Of a stretch of DNA of 64,000 bases, positions 34,968 to 47,500 are shown piece by piece. Every line of letters starts with the position of its first letter. The stretch's first letter is position 1. The DNA is from Catajapyx aquilonaris (taxonomy: Eukaryota): contig KZ538129.1 of NCBI GenBank assembly GCA_000934665.2, forward strand, positions 62,001 to 126,000. The letters run 5' to 3'. The notes beneath the pieces were generated by a model. It made no database searches and was not told where the DNA came from. It saw only the letters and a list, made by a program, of their open reading frames with translations. A program made the position numbers and the translations under genes.

Positions 34968-37900
34968 AGTAAGGTTTTTTTGGGGGGTGGAAAACATGTG
35001 CTGCCTTCATTTCCTAGACTTCCTGGACAAAACAGGCTGGAAATGGAAGTGGGAAACCTACACAGGGGGGTGCCCTATAGACGGACATGGCGAGGGCGGG
35101 TCCCTTGGTGGGGAAGAGATGGTTCCAATCAACAACTGGACAAGATTGGAGTCAGGCTGCCAAGTTTCCCACATACCTGCGGATACCCTGCTGGCAGTGT
35201 TTTCCTCCGGATTTAGATGGTATCGGCTGGATTGTCATTTGCTGCGACCAGCTGCTTATCCGATGATGGGGAGGACCCGGATTCATCTCCCCCTTTCGGC
35301 CACATTGGGTAAACAGGGCACCACAGCGAACGTAACTGGCTTTGTACACCTGATTGCACTCGGCAGCAAGAGAGGCCCGTGTAATGCATAGAAAGGGAGC
35401 TGTTAAGGGTTGGATGGCAAAGGGGGCGAAAATCAATGGCCAGCAAATGGAGGATCGGGACAGAAAAGGGGGATAAGATGGCGGTTTATTTGTTATAAAA
35501 ACTGCGGTTAATTTAGTAGCTTAAAAATCAATTTTGTAGGATGCGCTATGAATCAAACGGTTCGTGTCGGGAACCCACTTGGCAAGTCCACTCCATATCG
35601 CATCTTCATGCAGTGTTAAACAGATTTCTCACATTTTTCTCCATTACCATCCCGAGGTTGTCCAATAAATTTAGCGATCACGTGATATCGGTAATAATTT
35701 TTGCAGCCTGGCCCCCCCGGTAGCAGAAGGGGAAATTAAGTAATCGTGCATAATGTAACAAGCGGAAATTCGCTTCAACATGATTTGCACACACTGGTGT
35801 TAGGCCCCCGTCTTGGCCAGCTGCTTGCCTTTGTCTGAATAATTGAATCACCAGGATTCAGTTAGTTCCCTGGGATCCCCCCTTGGCAGTTTTCTTCCAT
35901 CCAACACACGGTCCGTATACGTGCAGTGTTCCCCGGACGATCGGCGTCCGGTTGCCGTGATCCCAAATTCCTCTCCTTCCATAATAAACGCGCCGGGGGG
36001 ACACTTTGCCGTCTTTTGCCTGGCACTTTACCTACACATAAGCCGACTGGCCCCATAACTCCAGAGCCCTCTCATGAAACATGAAGGAACCAGCCCCGTT
36101 TCCCTGGTCCGCTCCCCAAAAAAAAACGGCAGTCCTGTTTAAAAAGTCAACAAGAGTTGGGCGTCGAGCTGGCCTCTTGCGGGCAAGGACGGCGGGGGCT
36201 ATTAGGCTCGACACGAGGGCGGACTCCCAGGGGCCAACTGCCCACGGACAAGCAGCCCTCCCCTTCATAAAGCTCCCACTCGCAGGCGCGCTATTTCCCC
36301 CACGAGGAAGGTGAATTTCAATTCTTCCTTCGACTTTGGCATAGTTCATATTGCATGAGGAGAGTGCTGCGAAGGGGGGTGTGGGGCCCATGGGCCCCTT
36401 GGCGCGTGGGAGGGCGTCCATCCGGGGACCGTTGGGGGCCATCAGGGTTGCCAGAACCCGGTTTTACGGCGGTGCTTCTAAAAAGAGGAGAGGAGCCTGT
36501 ATCACGGGTTCAAGAATAAAGTTTGGTGAACTGGCCTGGTGTCTGTGGGCGAGATGAGGGTGTGTAATAAGGATGATACAGGAATGTACATTAGAGACAG
36601 GTAGATTAGATGAATCATTATTGGCTAGTGTTGCATTGTGTTGACTCCCCTGGAGCTTAGAGGCATGGGTATGAGCCCCTGGAGATTAGATTTCACTGAA
36701 CACAGGAAAGGGTTACGAATTTCGATAGTTTGGCATCGGTAAAGAATGAGTCATTTGAAGAACGCGGGTTATTTTTTCAATCACTACTGTACTTAAAATG
36801 TACAAAAATCACGAATTGCTTAGCCCCACATGTTGCGTACCGGTACCTGGATAAACAGGCAATACAGGTTTAATAATTACACCGAACATGCGCCGTTATG
36901 AGGTGCATTATTTCGCACATGTTAGACACAACCAGCACTCTGCAATTAAAACAATAGTTCTGAAGTTAGTACCGTGGCTGGCACTCCAACTCCTACAACA
37001 CAACAGTGGTGTTGAAAATGGCTTGATGACTATGATCGTGAATCATGACTGTAGGTACAAGCATAATGACGGGTCACTCTTATTAGCCAGGCATTTTCGT
37101 ATATTTGTCGTGACGCAGAAAGTATACGGCAGGTTTGCGTAATGAAGGGCGAATATGTGGCTGCTGGGAAAACATATAGTTCTATTTTACTCGTTGCATT
37201 GCGGAACTTCACCATTAGAGAAAGAGTAGTACTTGATGAGCTCACGTCATCAGATGATTTCAACTACCGCATATGCAACGCGGTATAGTTTGTCTCAGTG
37301 ATAGTTATTTAGGACGCATAACGTAATGTCACTCCGATCTAACCCCTGGCGAAATATGAGCATGTAATAAACATGAATGACACGCCCTAACTTGAAAACT
37401 CTATTATCATTATTTACACACAGTGTGTTGACGTGCTCGTCCCTCTTAGTTTTCGTCACCACCGCCACAGCACTGTCAGACACTGCGGGTGACACACGTC
37501 CTCCGCCAGACACACACTTCATTACCACTCCTGGACACGACCCCCTCGAATATTGAAATCCACCGCACATGTGCATGTAACTCACGTTTCCCAAATACTC
37601 CACCTCCTGAGATAAGCCACATTAATGCTCCTCGAATGACCCCAGCTTTACGGTGACACTAAAACCTTATAGCTGTACAGTGCACATTGCACGCTAATGC
37701 CGCGTCCTTGACTTGACGCCACGTCGAGCCCTGCCAGACAAAAGACGTGTGTTTGTGCATGTGAACGTTCCTGTGCATCCATCTGGGACACACAAGAACC
37801 CCCTTGTTTATCGAGTAATTTGGCCTAACGAGCCTAAGAGACGGGCGCCTGACTGACCCGCTAACCGGGACCTCCTTGTTTTTGCCAAGATATTTCCAGC

Positions 37901-38327
37901 CACCCTGTACTGTACCCCCGACTCGCTGGCTTGGGTTTTCACATCATCTGTATGCATTATGTGTGGAAACTGAGTTTCCTCTCGGCCCGCCGAATCCATG
38001 CTGCTGCTGTTTGTTGGGAAGAAAGAAGAGATCGTAAAACCTTTTTCCCAAGTCCCTCTGGAGTTATAAAGCTGCGCCACTTCAATATCCGTTCGAGATT
38101 TAGGTTGGCCGGCATTGAATAACCTGTCATAGGGGTATTTATGGTAGCAGGTCCCCGTATCACAAAGGCATTTCCTTGAAACGCCGCTCCTCCATTATTA
38201 ATCCCCCGATCCCCCTGGCAGCAGCATCGTCTTTCGGGTTATTCCCTGTATATGCTGGTGTGTGTCCCGTTGGAAATCTTGTCAACTATTTTTAAGAAGC
38301 CAGGCGACACCTCAAATTGAACTGTAG

Positions 38328-38341
38328 CCGCTAGATGGCAC
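38328..38341 (+). promoter_or_regulatory. CTCF-like motif CCGCTAGATGGCAC
   Basis: Close match to the CTCF core consensus CCRCYAGRKGGCRS; motif only. Confidence 0.45.
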
Positions 38342-39430
38342 GCCCAGTGGCCCGTGTGGTGGCAGCACCGTACTGTACTTTAAAGTACGCTCGTACGAAT
38401 TGTTGCCTGTTGGGTGAGAGGGTGCGATATCCTGGCAGGGAAAGCTATTCCGAAATGAGATGTGGAGACATCCATCACAAGTGGTTGGCGAAGAAAGATC
38501 CCTCCCTTGCTCTAGTCCCTGCCTTGTCGCTATGGCGACGGGGCAAAGCCGCGCCCCCCTGCGGAATACATTCTTCTCAGCTGTCTGGCGGCAATGTCCG
38601 TGAAATTGAAAATTTTCGCTATTCCGTGCAATTACGGATCTCATTGAGGGATTTTTTTTTCCTTCTTCCTCTCATCCTCTCCCCCCTTTCTTTCCCTCCC
38701 CCCTATCCTGCATGCACTTCCAATTCCGGCTCCCAGATGATGCATGTCGTCGGATGACACGGGAGACATTTTACGGTCCCCCTCACCCCCTTGCTTTCAA
38801 GGGGCCCCCGTTGCGGTCGCCGGGCCATCACTTCACATTATGAAGAGTGTAGGAAATGCTGCAAGGCATCCGTCCCCCCAGGGGCATGAGCCGGGGGTGC
38901 CCAAATACGTGATCCTTCTGACACTGCCTGCTGGGAACAAAAGATTCGAGTATTTTTTTTATTAAAAAAGAGCAACAATGTGTAGTTGGTGTCCTCTGAT
39001 TCTCCTGTTTCTAATGGAAAAGTTTGGGAGGGATATAGGGTAGGGAAGTGGCTTTTTTTGCGAGAAGTCACATCCAGGGAGGGGGCAGTGACACTCTTTG
39101 ACAGCTGGACTTGGGGGCCCGAGGGATTTGCGAAGAAATGACACTGGCAAGAGGGGGTATTTCGGGGCAAAGGGGGGACGTGGGCTCATCACTGCTGCCG
39201 TCGTCAAATGAGAGCCGACCAAGCGCTAAATGCCTGGCTCTGGAGCAAAACTGTCATCCGACTCCGCCTCCGTCGCGTTTTTTCCCGTCATCCTGTCAGT
39301 CATTAGATTCTGAGGGGACCTGGTGGGAGGATGGCCACCACTCTTTTGTTCTTCTCCCGGAAGGCGATATGATTATTCCCATTGGTAGGGGGAGAGACCC
39401 CTCCAAAAAAAAGAAGAGGGGGACTGAACG

Positions 39431-39432
<2 letters not shown>

Positions 39433-39459
<27 letters not shown>
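39433..39459. repeat. (GAT)9 microsatellite
   Basis: Read directly; about 80 nt upstream of the second homeodomain exon. Confidence 0.9.
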
Positions 39460-39461
<2 letters not shown>

Positions 39462-39508
39462 TGTGGTGATGACGATGCCAGCTCATTTATTCAAGTTTTT
39501 GAATGTGA

Positions 39509-39619
<111 letters not shown>

Positions 39620-40083
39620 TGAGTACCACTCGGGGTCGAAGGTGCGGAAAGTTGTGTAGGTGGGTGTGGAGAGGACCCGAGAGAAAATCGTCTCTGCCAG
39701 ACGTGAATCAATGGCTGGATCCGCCTGGTTCTGGCAGGGACCATAGATCATGGTGTGGTCGCCCGGAGGACCGCTCTTGTCTTTTGTCATCTGGCCGAGC
39801 GAACTCTAATCAGATGAGCATGTGCCACCGAGGGGGGAACTCCGAACCAGTGTTTTTGCAGCGGGTCCGTGATTAGGCAAAGATGGCCGCTAAGTTGATC
39901 TCCGGTCAGGTTTATGCCCGACAGGTGAATAGAGCTCGAGTATTTATATGGGGCACGAAATTCAAGATGGCGGCTAAGTTGATCAGCTGGTTGGACACCC
40001 CAACAATGGCGAGTAGTCGCGGTTTATGTTGGACAGGTGAGTTATTCTGTGCGCCAATGGGTAGAAGGGAGAAAGAGAGAGAG

Positions 40084-40300
40084 NNNNNNNNNNNNNNNNN
40101 NNNNNNNNNNNNNNNNNNNNNNNNNNNNNNNNNNNNNNNNNNNNNNNNNNNNNNNNNNNNNNNNNNNNNNNNNNNNNNNNNNNNNNNNNNNNNNNNNNNN
40201 NNNNNNNNNNNNNNNNNNNNNNNNNNNNNNNNNNNNNNNNNNNNNNNNNNNNNNNNNNNNNNNNNNNNNNNNNNNNNNNNNNNNNNNNNNNNNNNNNNNN
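40084..40300. other. assembly gap (217 N)
   Basis: N run between a GA repeat and poly-C. Confidence 0.99.
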
Positions 40301-41520
40301 CCCCCCCCCCCCTCCCTCCCCCGACATCACAGCCATCCTTCTTCTCTCCCGGGCCAGACAGAGTTACGTCCAAAACACCATCGCTAGTGAGATATGCCTT
40401 GGGTGAAGATCGCTTGGAATTTGAGGGAGAGAAGAATTTTAAAAAGGATCCGTACACCATGGATGGCTCTAGCGGCAAGAGCCTGAACTTGGACACAAAA
40501 GGGCCACCCTGTTGCTAACATTTCTGGAGCGATGGCCCATCCATCTGGAGGTGGGAAGAGGCGCAGTCTCTTCTCTCCTGCGTGGCTTACGTGCCAAGGG
40601 TATATTTAGGGGATGACAAATATTCGTACGGAAGCCGCAGCCCGCCTCCTCTTTGCTGGGACCCTGGGAACCCAGGAAATTTTCCCAAAACGCTGCAATT
40701 GGATTGAGGGGAAGGGGGGGGGGGGNGGGGGGGGGGGGATGGAAAAAGTATCTGGCCCCCTCCGTGCGACTAAACATCGGTCGGGTCAAGGAGGGATAAC
40801 TAAATGATGGTTCAGAAGAAAATGGGGGCGCTCACCTTTATACCACATGATCGGCTTGATAAGGAGTGACGTTGTGAAAGGACCTGGAAGGAAATTTATG
40901 GGATTTCACGTGTCTGGAGGTATAATTACATGCTTTGTTGTCGGGGATCTCTGTATGATCCTCTTCCTCTCATCCACCTGCATGCATTCCCCGCCTCCCA
41001 GATGGAATGTTACAATAAATTACGCTCGCAGACAATTTTCTTCGGAGATCATCTCGTGACGCTCGGTCAAAGTGCAGGGCCTCCAAAAAGTCGTGGGTAG
41101 GACAAGGCATTAGCATTATTAAGTTTGTGCCTAATGGTGGCCCTCCAGACATGATTTATCGATACGGCGCTAGTTTTTTGGAGCTGGATTATTCCCCCAT
41201 TTTGGACTATGTGGTGTTTGCTAGAGCGTGGGTTGGGAGCCATTTGTCGCGGGCACCATCCGTTCATCCTGGTCCGATTGTCATTGGTGTGGGTTGGCAG
41301 CAGTAGAGGGTTTGGTTTCCCAGCGGGGCCTGAGAGAGGGCGCCATTTGGCCATGCCGCCAGCAGCGCCATTGTTGCGCCCACCATAATCTAATTAGCAG
41401 CGAAAGTTGATCAGTAATTAGTCGATTAATCAATCTGTTTTCCATTTGGACCGTCCCGTGTGCGCCATTAGGGGAAATTAAAGCGGGCCCAGGCCCCGTG
41501 GCAGCAGCAGCCGCCTCTCC

Positions 41521-41524
41521 CTCT

Positions 41525-41560
<36 letters not shown>
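41521..41560. repeat. imperfect (CT)n microsatellite
   Basis: Read directly. Confidence 0.85.
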
Positions 41561-44500
41561 GTTGCCTCTGCTGATGCTGATGTTGCTGCTGGCGTTGCGA
41601 TCAATGCTGCAGCTCAGCAGGGTACACGGGGGATGGGGCTCCCGGATCCTCACTCCCCACCACCCACCGCACCTAACTCTATACATACGATCCTCTGTCA
41701 CAACAATTAGATTCCAAGAAAATTAAAAAATTCATTACTTCCATATCAGCCCAATTTCCGCATTAGCTGAGCTAGTCAATAATGGACGTACTGCCAGATT
41801 TGTGCGATGGATTTACGTAGAAATTGTGCAATTTCCTAGAAACTATGAAAGTTATATGTCGCGGATTGAATTTTAATAGCGGAGACTATATGGGGCAGGC
41901 ATGACCCGAGGTCGCGTTCTCTAATCGACTGCATCGGCTGGAGGTTATATGAGCCTTGAGCTGAAATTGGCCGTATAAAAAGGGGGCGGCAACGTCGCCT
42001 TTTGGCCCCAGCTGCCTTTTCTCCGCTTGTAATTTACGGATCCGTTTTCATTTTCAGTACCATTTCGGGAAGAATTCGCCCCCTAATGTTTCTCTTGCAA
42101 AATGGCCCTCGGAGGAGTCGTATGAACGGCCTAATAGCTTACCAAATCGCCACCGAAACACCTTTTTAATGAACTATTGTAGCAGGGAATGAAAATGGGA
42201 GGGGGCGCCCAGCCCGCCCCCTCTTTTGTTAGGTTTGGCTTGGGAGAATGCTAGCTCATTTTTAGATAGTGTGGGTCTACTAGGGACCCACGATTTTTTG
42301 GACATTTTTATCAGGCTGAAATTTGGGGGAAGTATACGGTATATGAGGAATTTTCATATTTTTTAAACTATAGTTGGCCCACATGCTAGGTCAACGGTCA
42401 TGTAATTTAATCTCAATAAATATTAGGCGTAAACTTGGTATCAAACTGTGTGATTCCAGGCGAAATCTGGTATGGAATCAGCCAGCAAGTTGTGGGAGAA
42501 TAATAGGAACTTCTGCTCTCTAGAGGTCAGCACTGTGATTTTTCACCTCAAATCCACCCGTTTTTCACCATTTTTTTTTTGTACAATCACATGTTAGCGG
42601 ACTTAACCTTATTTTCCCCTCCAGCGAGAGAAACGAGGACGTGCGTCTTGGAAAATGTTTAGCATCCCGCACATTCCTGAAGCGTATGAGATGAGAAAGG
42701 AATGCAGGAATCCAGTCCGTCGGTGGTGGCTGAGGAGTAGGATAGTAGAGCACCACCCACCTTTTCCCCTCCCACCCACGACCCCGTATAATCCGGGGCT
42801 TCGCTCTCAGAAACCCGGGGGTGGTGGGAGGGGTGGTTGATCGATTCCAGCAGCTTCCAGGATTTATCAATTCCTTCCAGAGGTAGGGAAAAAGGAACCG
42901 GAGCGTAATTTTACGGGCTTCCGGAAAAGAGCGCCGACCGTTTTATTAGCTTCGGAAGCTTGCTGGAGCCCGCTGGACGTGGCCACTTTCAATGCAACCC
43001 AAAACCCGGGGTGTGTGTATGTGGAACCGGGTTCCGGACTAATTCATTTGCTCCGACAGCCACTTACATTATTCTAGGGATTTGGTCCTGCAATGTTCAG
43101 GGTCGAGTAGCTTAATATTGTGAAGGCACATTAAAACTAAAGGGGCTGGTGTAATATTTAAAGGGGGTGAGAGGGATGGAGTAAACTAGCAGATTTTGGG
43201 TAATGGAGTCAACACGAATCGTGGTTGTCAGCTTGGTCCTCGAAATCTGTAGCAAAGTTTGATGATGACGTGAAATTTTAAACATCCTGTTATTCCTCTG
43301 GGTAAGGAAGCATAGGGACTCGGCCACTTCAACAAAGGTTATTTTTGCGGTTGCCCCATCCGAAAATATCGCGGCTGGCTCGCCCATCACGGAGACGTAA
43401 ATAAGTTGTCTATTTTGGCACCTGTGTGGGATTTTGCTAGAACAGAAAAAGAGCAGGAAAAAATATTCGGGGAAGTGCGGGGGTAGATTTGCCAATCCGC
43501 GGTCCATCTCCTTTGGGTCCTGTATAGGTGCAACGACTTACCCACCCTTTGATCCAACTGCCCTCCTGGTTGACTGCCGCTCTTTCGGATGTATCGAGTC
43601 GAGAAATTATATCGCCCGCGACCCATTTAGTCGGTAGAAGAGACTCGGTTCATCAACAGGGATGCTCTCAGTGGTACATGGGGAGGGCGATGAAGGCATG
43701 TTTTCTGTCCCGGTGTGTTGAAACAGCCTCTCGACATAAGTCACCCGTGTGTAAACTGTTTACAACGACGCCATTTTTTTGAAATTTGCCCATCAATTTT
43801 GCCGGGCAGGTTGGCGGGGCAGGTGCGTACTAGCTATCGGCCGACCGCCATTTTTTTCTCCCGTGATTGGAAGTGAATCAGCCGAATCCGCAAAAGACCT
43901 GAAATTTTGGGTGGAGTAGAAGCTGCGGTTCCTTGCAGATGGCGCCTGAGGCATGGGCTTGGGCGGCACTTGCAGAGGACACGGCTTATTAATCGGTGGT
44001 GTAAGTTGTACATTTTTATTGTGCAATTCAGGGCGAATTTAGCTGCGGCGGCGTGTTGTGTGCTCCGTCAGGGGGTAGGTGGCCTGGGAAATCAGAGGCC
44101 GAGCACAAGCCCCGAGCAATCATCCCAGGGCTCGGTTGGCTTGAAGGCAGAAACAGGGCCGAGGGAGGAGAGGATCATGGGAGGCAGCACGTCAGAAAAT
44201 AAATTTCCCCGCTTGCATTCCTAATGATTTCCTCCGAGACCGAATGGAATACAGTGGGCAAAATGTTTTATTTCAATTTAGCACGCAAGTCAGCAAGCGG
44301 CCCTCTCAGAATAATGCTAAGGCCCCAGCCGTTTTGCCTTAATGCTTGCACATAGTCATAAAAGTGAATTGGGAGGACAAAGATGCCGCAGGAAAAGGAG
44401 GAAGGAGGGCTGAGGTAAGCGGCTGGAATTATCCAACCAAACCGCTGAGGTGCGCTGCATATACACGGCTGGCACCATTGTGAACTAGACTTGCTTCTCA

Positions 44501-47500
44501 CCACTATTAAAATTGCTTATATCTTCCGGGCGAAGCCTTTTGCAGCCATTATATCCCGTAGAATTAACCATTAGGATTATCTTGCCTGCCCATTTAGCTA
44601 ATTGCAAAGCATTCACGGAAAGCTAGAATTACCGCCATTACATTCACCTCGTGCGGGATTCAGGCAAAGAGCAGAGGCGAGGAAGGGGAGGATAAAAGGT
44701 AGGGGAGGATGAGAGGGAAGAGGGGAGGGCTGTGAAGGGGGGAGGTGTGTTTGCAGGCTTTGAAGATAGGACAGTTGGGGACCATGGAGAAAAGAGCCTC
44801 GTTTGTGGTGGCGAGGCTGCGCGGTTATGCGCCAAATCTGTTGTTACCACTCTTGCCGAGGACTGATTGGCCTGCTTAGCTCCACTGGGGGTAGGGGCGG
44901 CTAAGCTGCTGCTGGCCTAACAATCGGGGACCCCAGGATTTTTGCACAGAAATCGGGACGGCGGATAATGAACCCATTTTGGGGAGAGCACCGGCCCATT
45001 CGTCCAAGGCACGTCAGAGGGGTGTGGCCACAAAACATCCCGCAGATCTTATCCCCAAACGTGCAGGTATGTCGAGGTCCGTGTTTGGCGCTGATTTACT
45101 GCCGCTCCAGCTGGCAACCCGTGAGTGGAGCGCGTGGCTCCATCTGGGCAGGCAGGGAAGGCCGCCATCTTGGGGTCTCCTGGGGAGCGGCCGTCTCCCC
45201 GTCTCCGGAGAAACGCAATTTCGCGCAAAAACAAGAGATTAGGGCCAAAATGGGAGCAGCTGCAATTAAGTGTAGTGCTGGCATGAAGGGCTGGGGGATT
45301 TGGGAGCGGGGGGGCTGGCTTGCCTGGCTGGGCTGGCTGCCTGGCTGCGCATTCACCATCCAGCAGCAGCCATCCCTGGGCTAATTACCCTCTACTTCGA
45401 TCGCTCGCGCCTGCTGCATGGCTGCGAACACAGCTAAGCCGATTGCTTTGCCCCTCCCCACCTCTTCCAGCACCTCCAAATGCCGCAGTGTCAATGGATG
45501 AAACATTTATGCCATCGACATATCTAGTCCACCAAAGAGGGACGCTGGGGTTTCCTCCCCACCGGCTCAGAATAAATTGTGCTTGTCAAAACGCAACAAT
45601 ATCCTCCTAGGGAAACCGATTTCAGAGTGGAAGAACCCGTCGGAATGCGTGCTTCCCTTTGTTTCCTTCCCATGACAAAAAGAGGGGGGTCCGGACCCAA
45701 ATTCGGGACGGATCTCTCAATTAATCTGTCAGCATGATTGTACACGGGGCTTAGACCCCCTTGTGACGAGCCTGCGGACAGGATATAGATGGCTGGAGAC
45801 AGGGTTGTCATTTGTCAGCCTTGCGCCAGAAGGGCAGCAAATAATTAGAGCACACGCCATCTTGTATTGACACGAGAAAAAAGGAAGCCCCGGGGCCATG
45901 TGCCACTGACATTTTGGGGCACATCCGGGGCATCCGAAAATGGTGGTCTCACTGACATAAAGTATAAGGTAGGAGCAAGCAATTTGTTGACTCGCTTTTT
46001 CCTCCTGGTGGGCACAAGTAGCAACAACTAATAATGGCGGCTGTGGGGGAAGAAAGGCACCCTTTTCCCACTGCTGCTATCCCCAGCAGTAGAGGTCTGT
46101 CTTCATTCATCACCAAAAGACAAGCCATTGACAGGCAAATTGCCAGGGAAGAGCCGTTTGCTGTTAGTGGAGCAATTCCGCGCTTTGGCCTTCACGTAGC
46201 TAAGATAGATGGTGCTGAAGGTGTGGGTTAGTTCGCCGGAGGAAGTGGATCCATACGTTATTTGCCACGGCCCGTCTCCTGTGGAATTGGACTTTACCCC
46301 CATCCACTTGGGTTTTCTCAACTTTTTGCAGCTGTACTTTCCCCATGCCTATATAGCCAGCAGGAGAAAATGCAATTGTTGGGGGAGCCCAGTGGTAAGA
46401 TGAACCGGTTGGGCGATCGGCATTGTTTGTTTCAACTGCCAAAAAGTGGGAATATTGTATCTGTACACATGAAACGCACCCGAGGGGAATGTCAGGTTGC
46501 AGGTTGAACACATAATAAAAGTTACCCCGCGGATAGAAGAGAAAACTGATCGGACGAGCTGCTGTCAACACACCACGGTATAGATAGCAAAACCGTGCCG
46601 GAGGAGACCCGGCCCACTCCCTGGCTCTCCCCCCAAAAAATAACCTTCCGTAAAAATAGATAGGCGAATAGTGGAGTGACATATCCCTGGTTGGCCAAAA
46701 AATGGCGCTTCATCCATGGCAACAACAAATCATTATCGGAAACGTGGCATTCATGGAGGCTGAGCTTGGCTCCGGCGCCCCCTGCTGCATTCTGGACATA
46801 GCACCTCACTGATAGGACACGTTCGGGTTTCGGGCTCTGGCTTGTCACATCCGCCTGGGATTACACTCACATATGCGTACATGCACGTCATGCACATCGG
46901 CCTCAGGCGCACTGCACGGATTTGCACATAATGCGTTTGGCTTTCGGCTCTCTGGTCAGTACCGCAGTCATGACTTGATCCAGCGGGTTGTACTGGCTAT
47001 CGGCATACTGTCCGATCCACGCAACTATTTTCATCAGTTCAGCTTGCAGATTTGAAGTAGAATTAGGCGATTCAGTGCAACTGAAGATGTAACCTTATAC
47101 ATGGACGCTTCAGTAATAAGAGATCACAAATGTCAATTTGGGCGCCCACAATTCAAGGGTGTGTAGTTACAATGCAGTTATCAGTCAGCTTTTGGCTTTT
47201 AAAACCGCGGGTGATTGGCACATTAATCTAGGTGAAATCCTTGTCGATACAGTGATATCGCCTTTGACATTGCATAGCCCGTTATTAGTGCAGGGAATTT
47301 GTACGGTCCCAGACGGGGCCCGTCACATTTTGGGAGGTTTTCACACACACAAAAATATAGGGAATGATTCCGTCAGCGATGGTATCGGAGTTGATGGAAC
47401 CTGATCGCTCCTGTAGCGACCTGTCTGTTCATGCAGTGAAACGGAGAAAACTCCCAACTGGAAAGGAGAAGTAAGGATTGTGGCAGGAGATTAATGGCTG

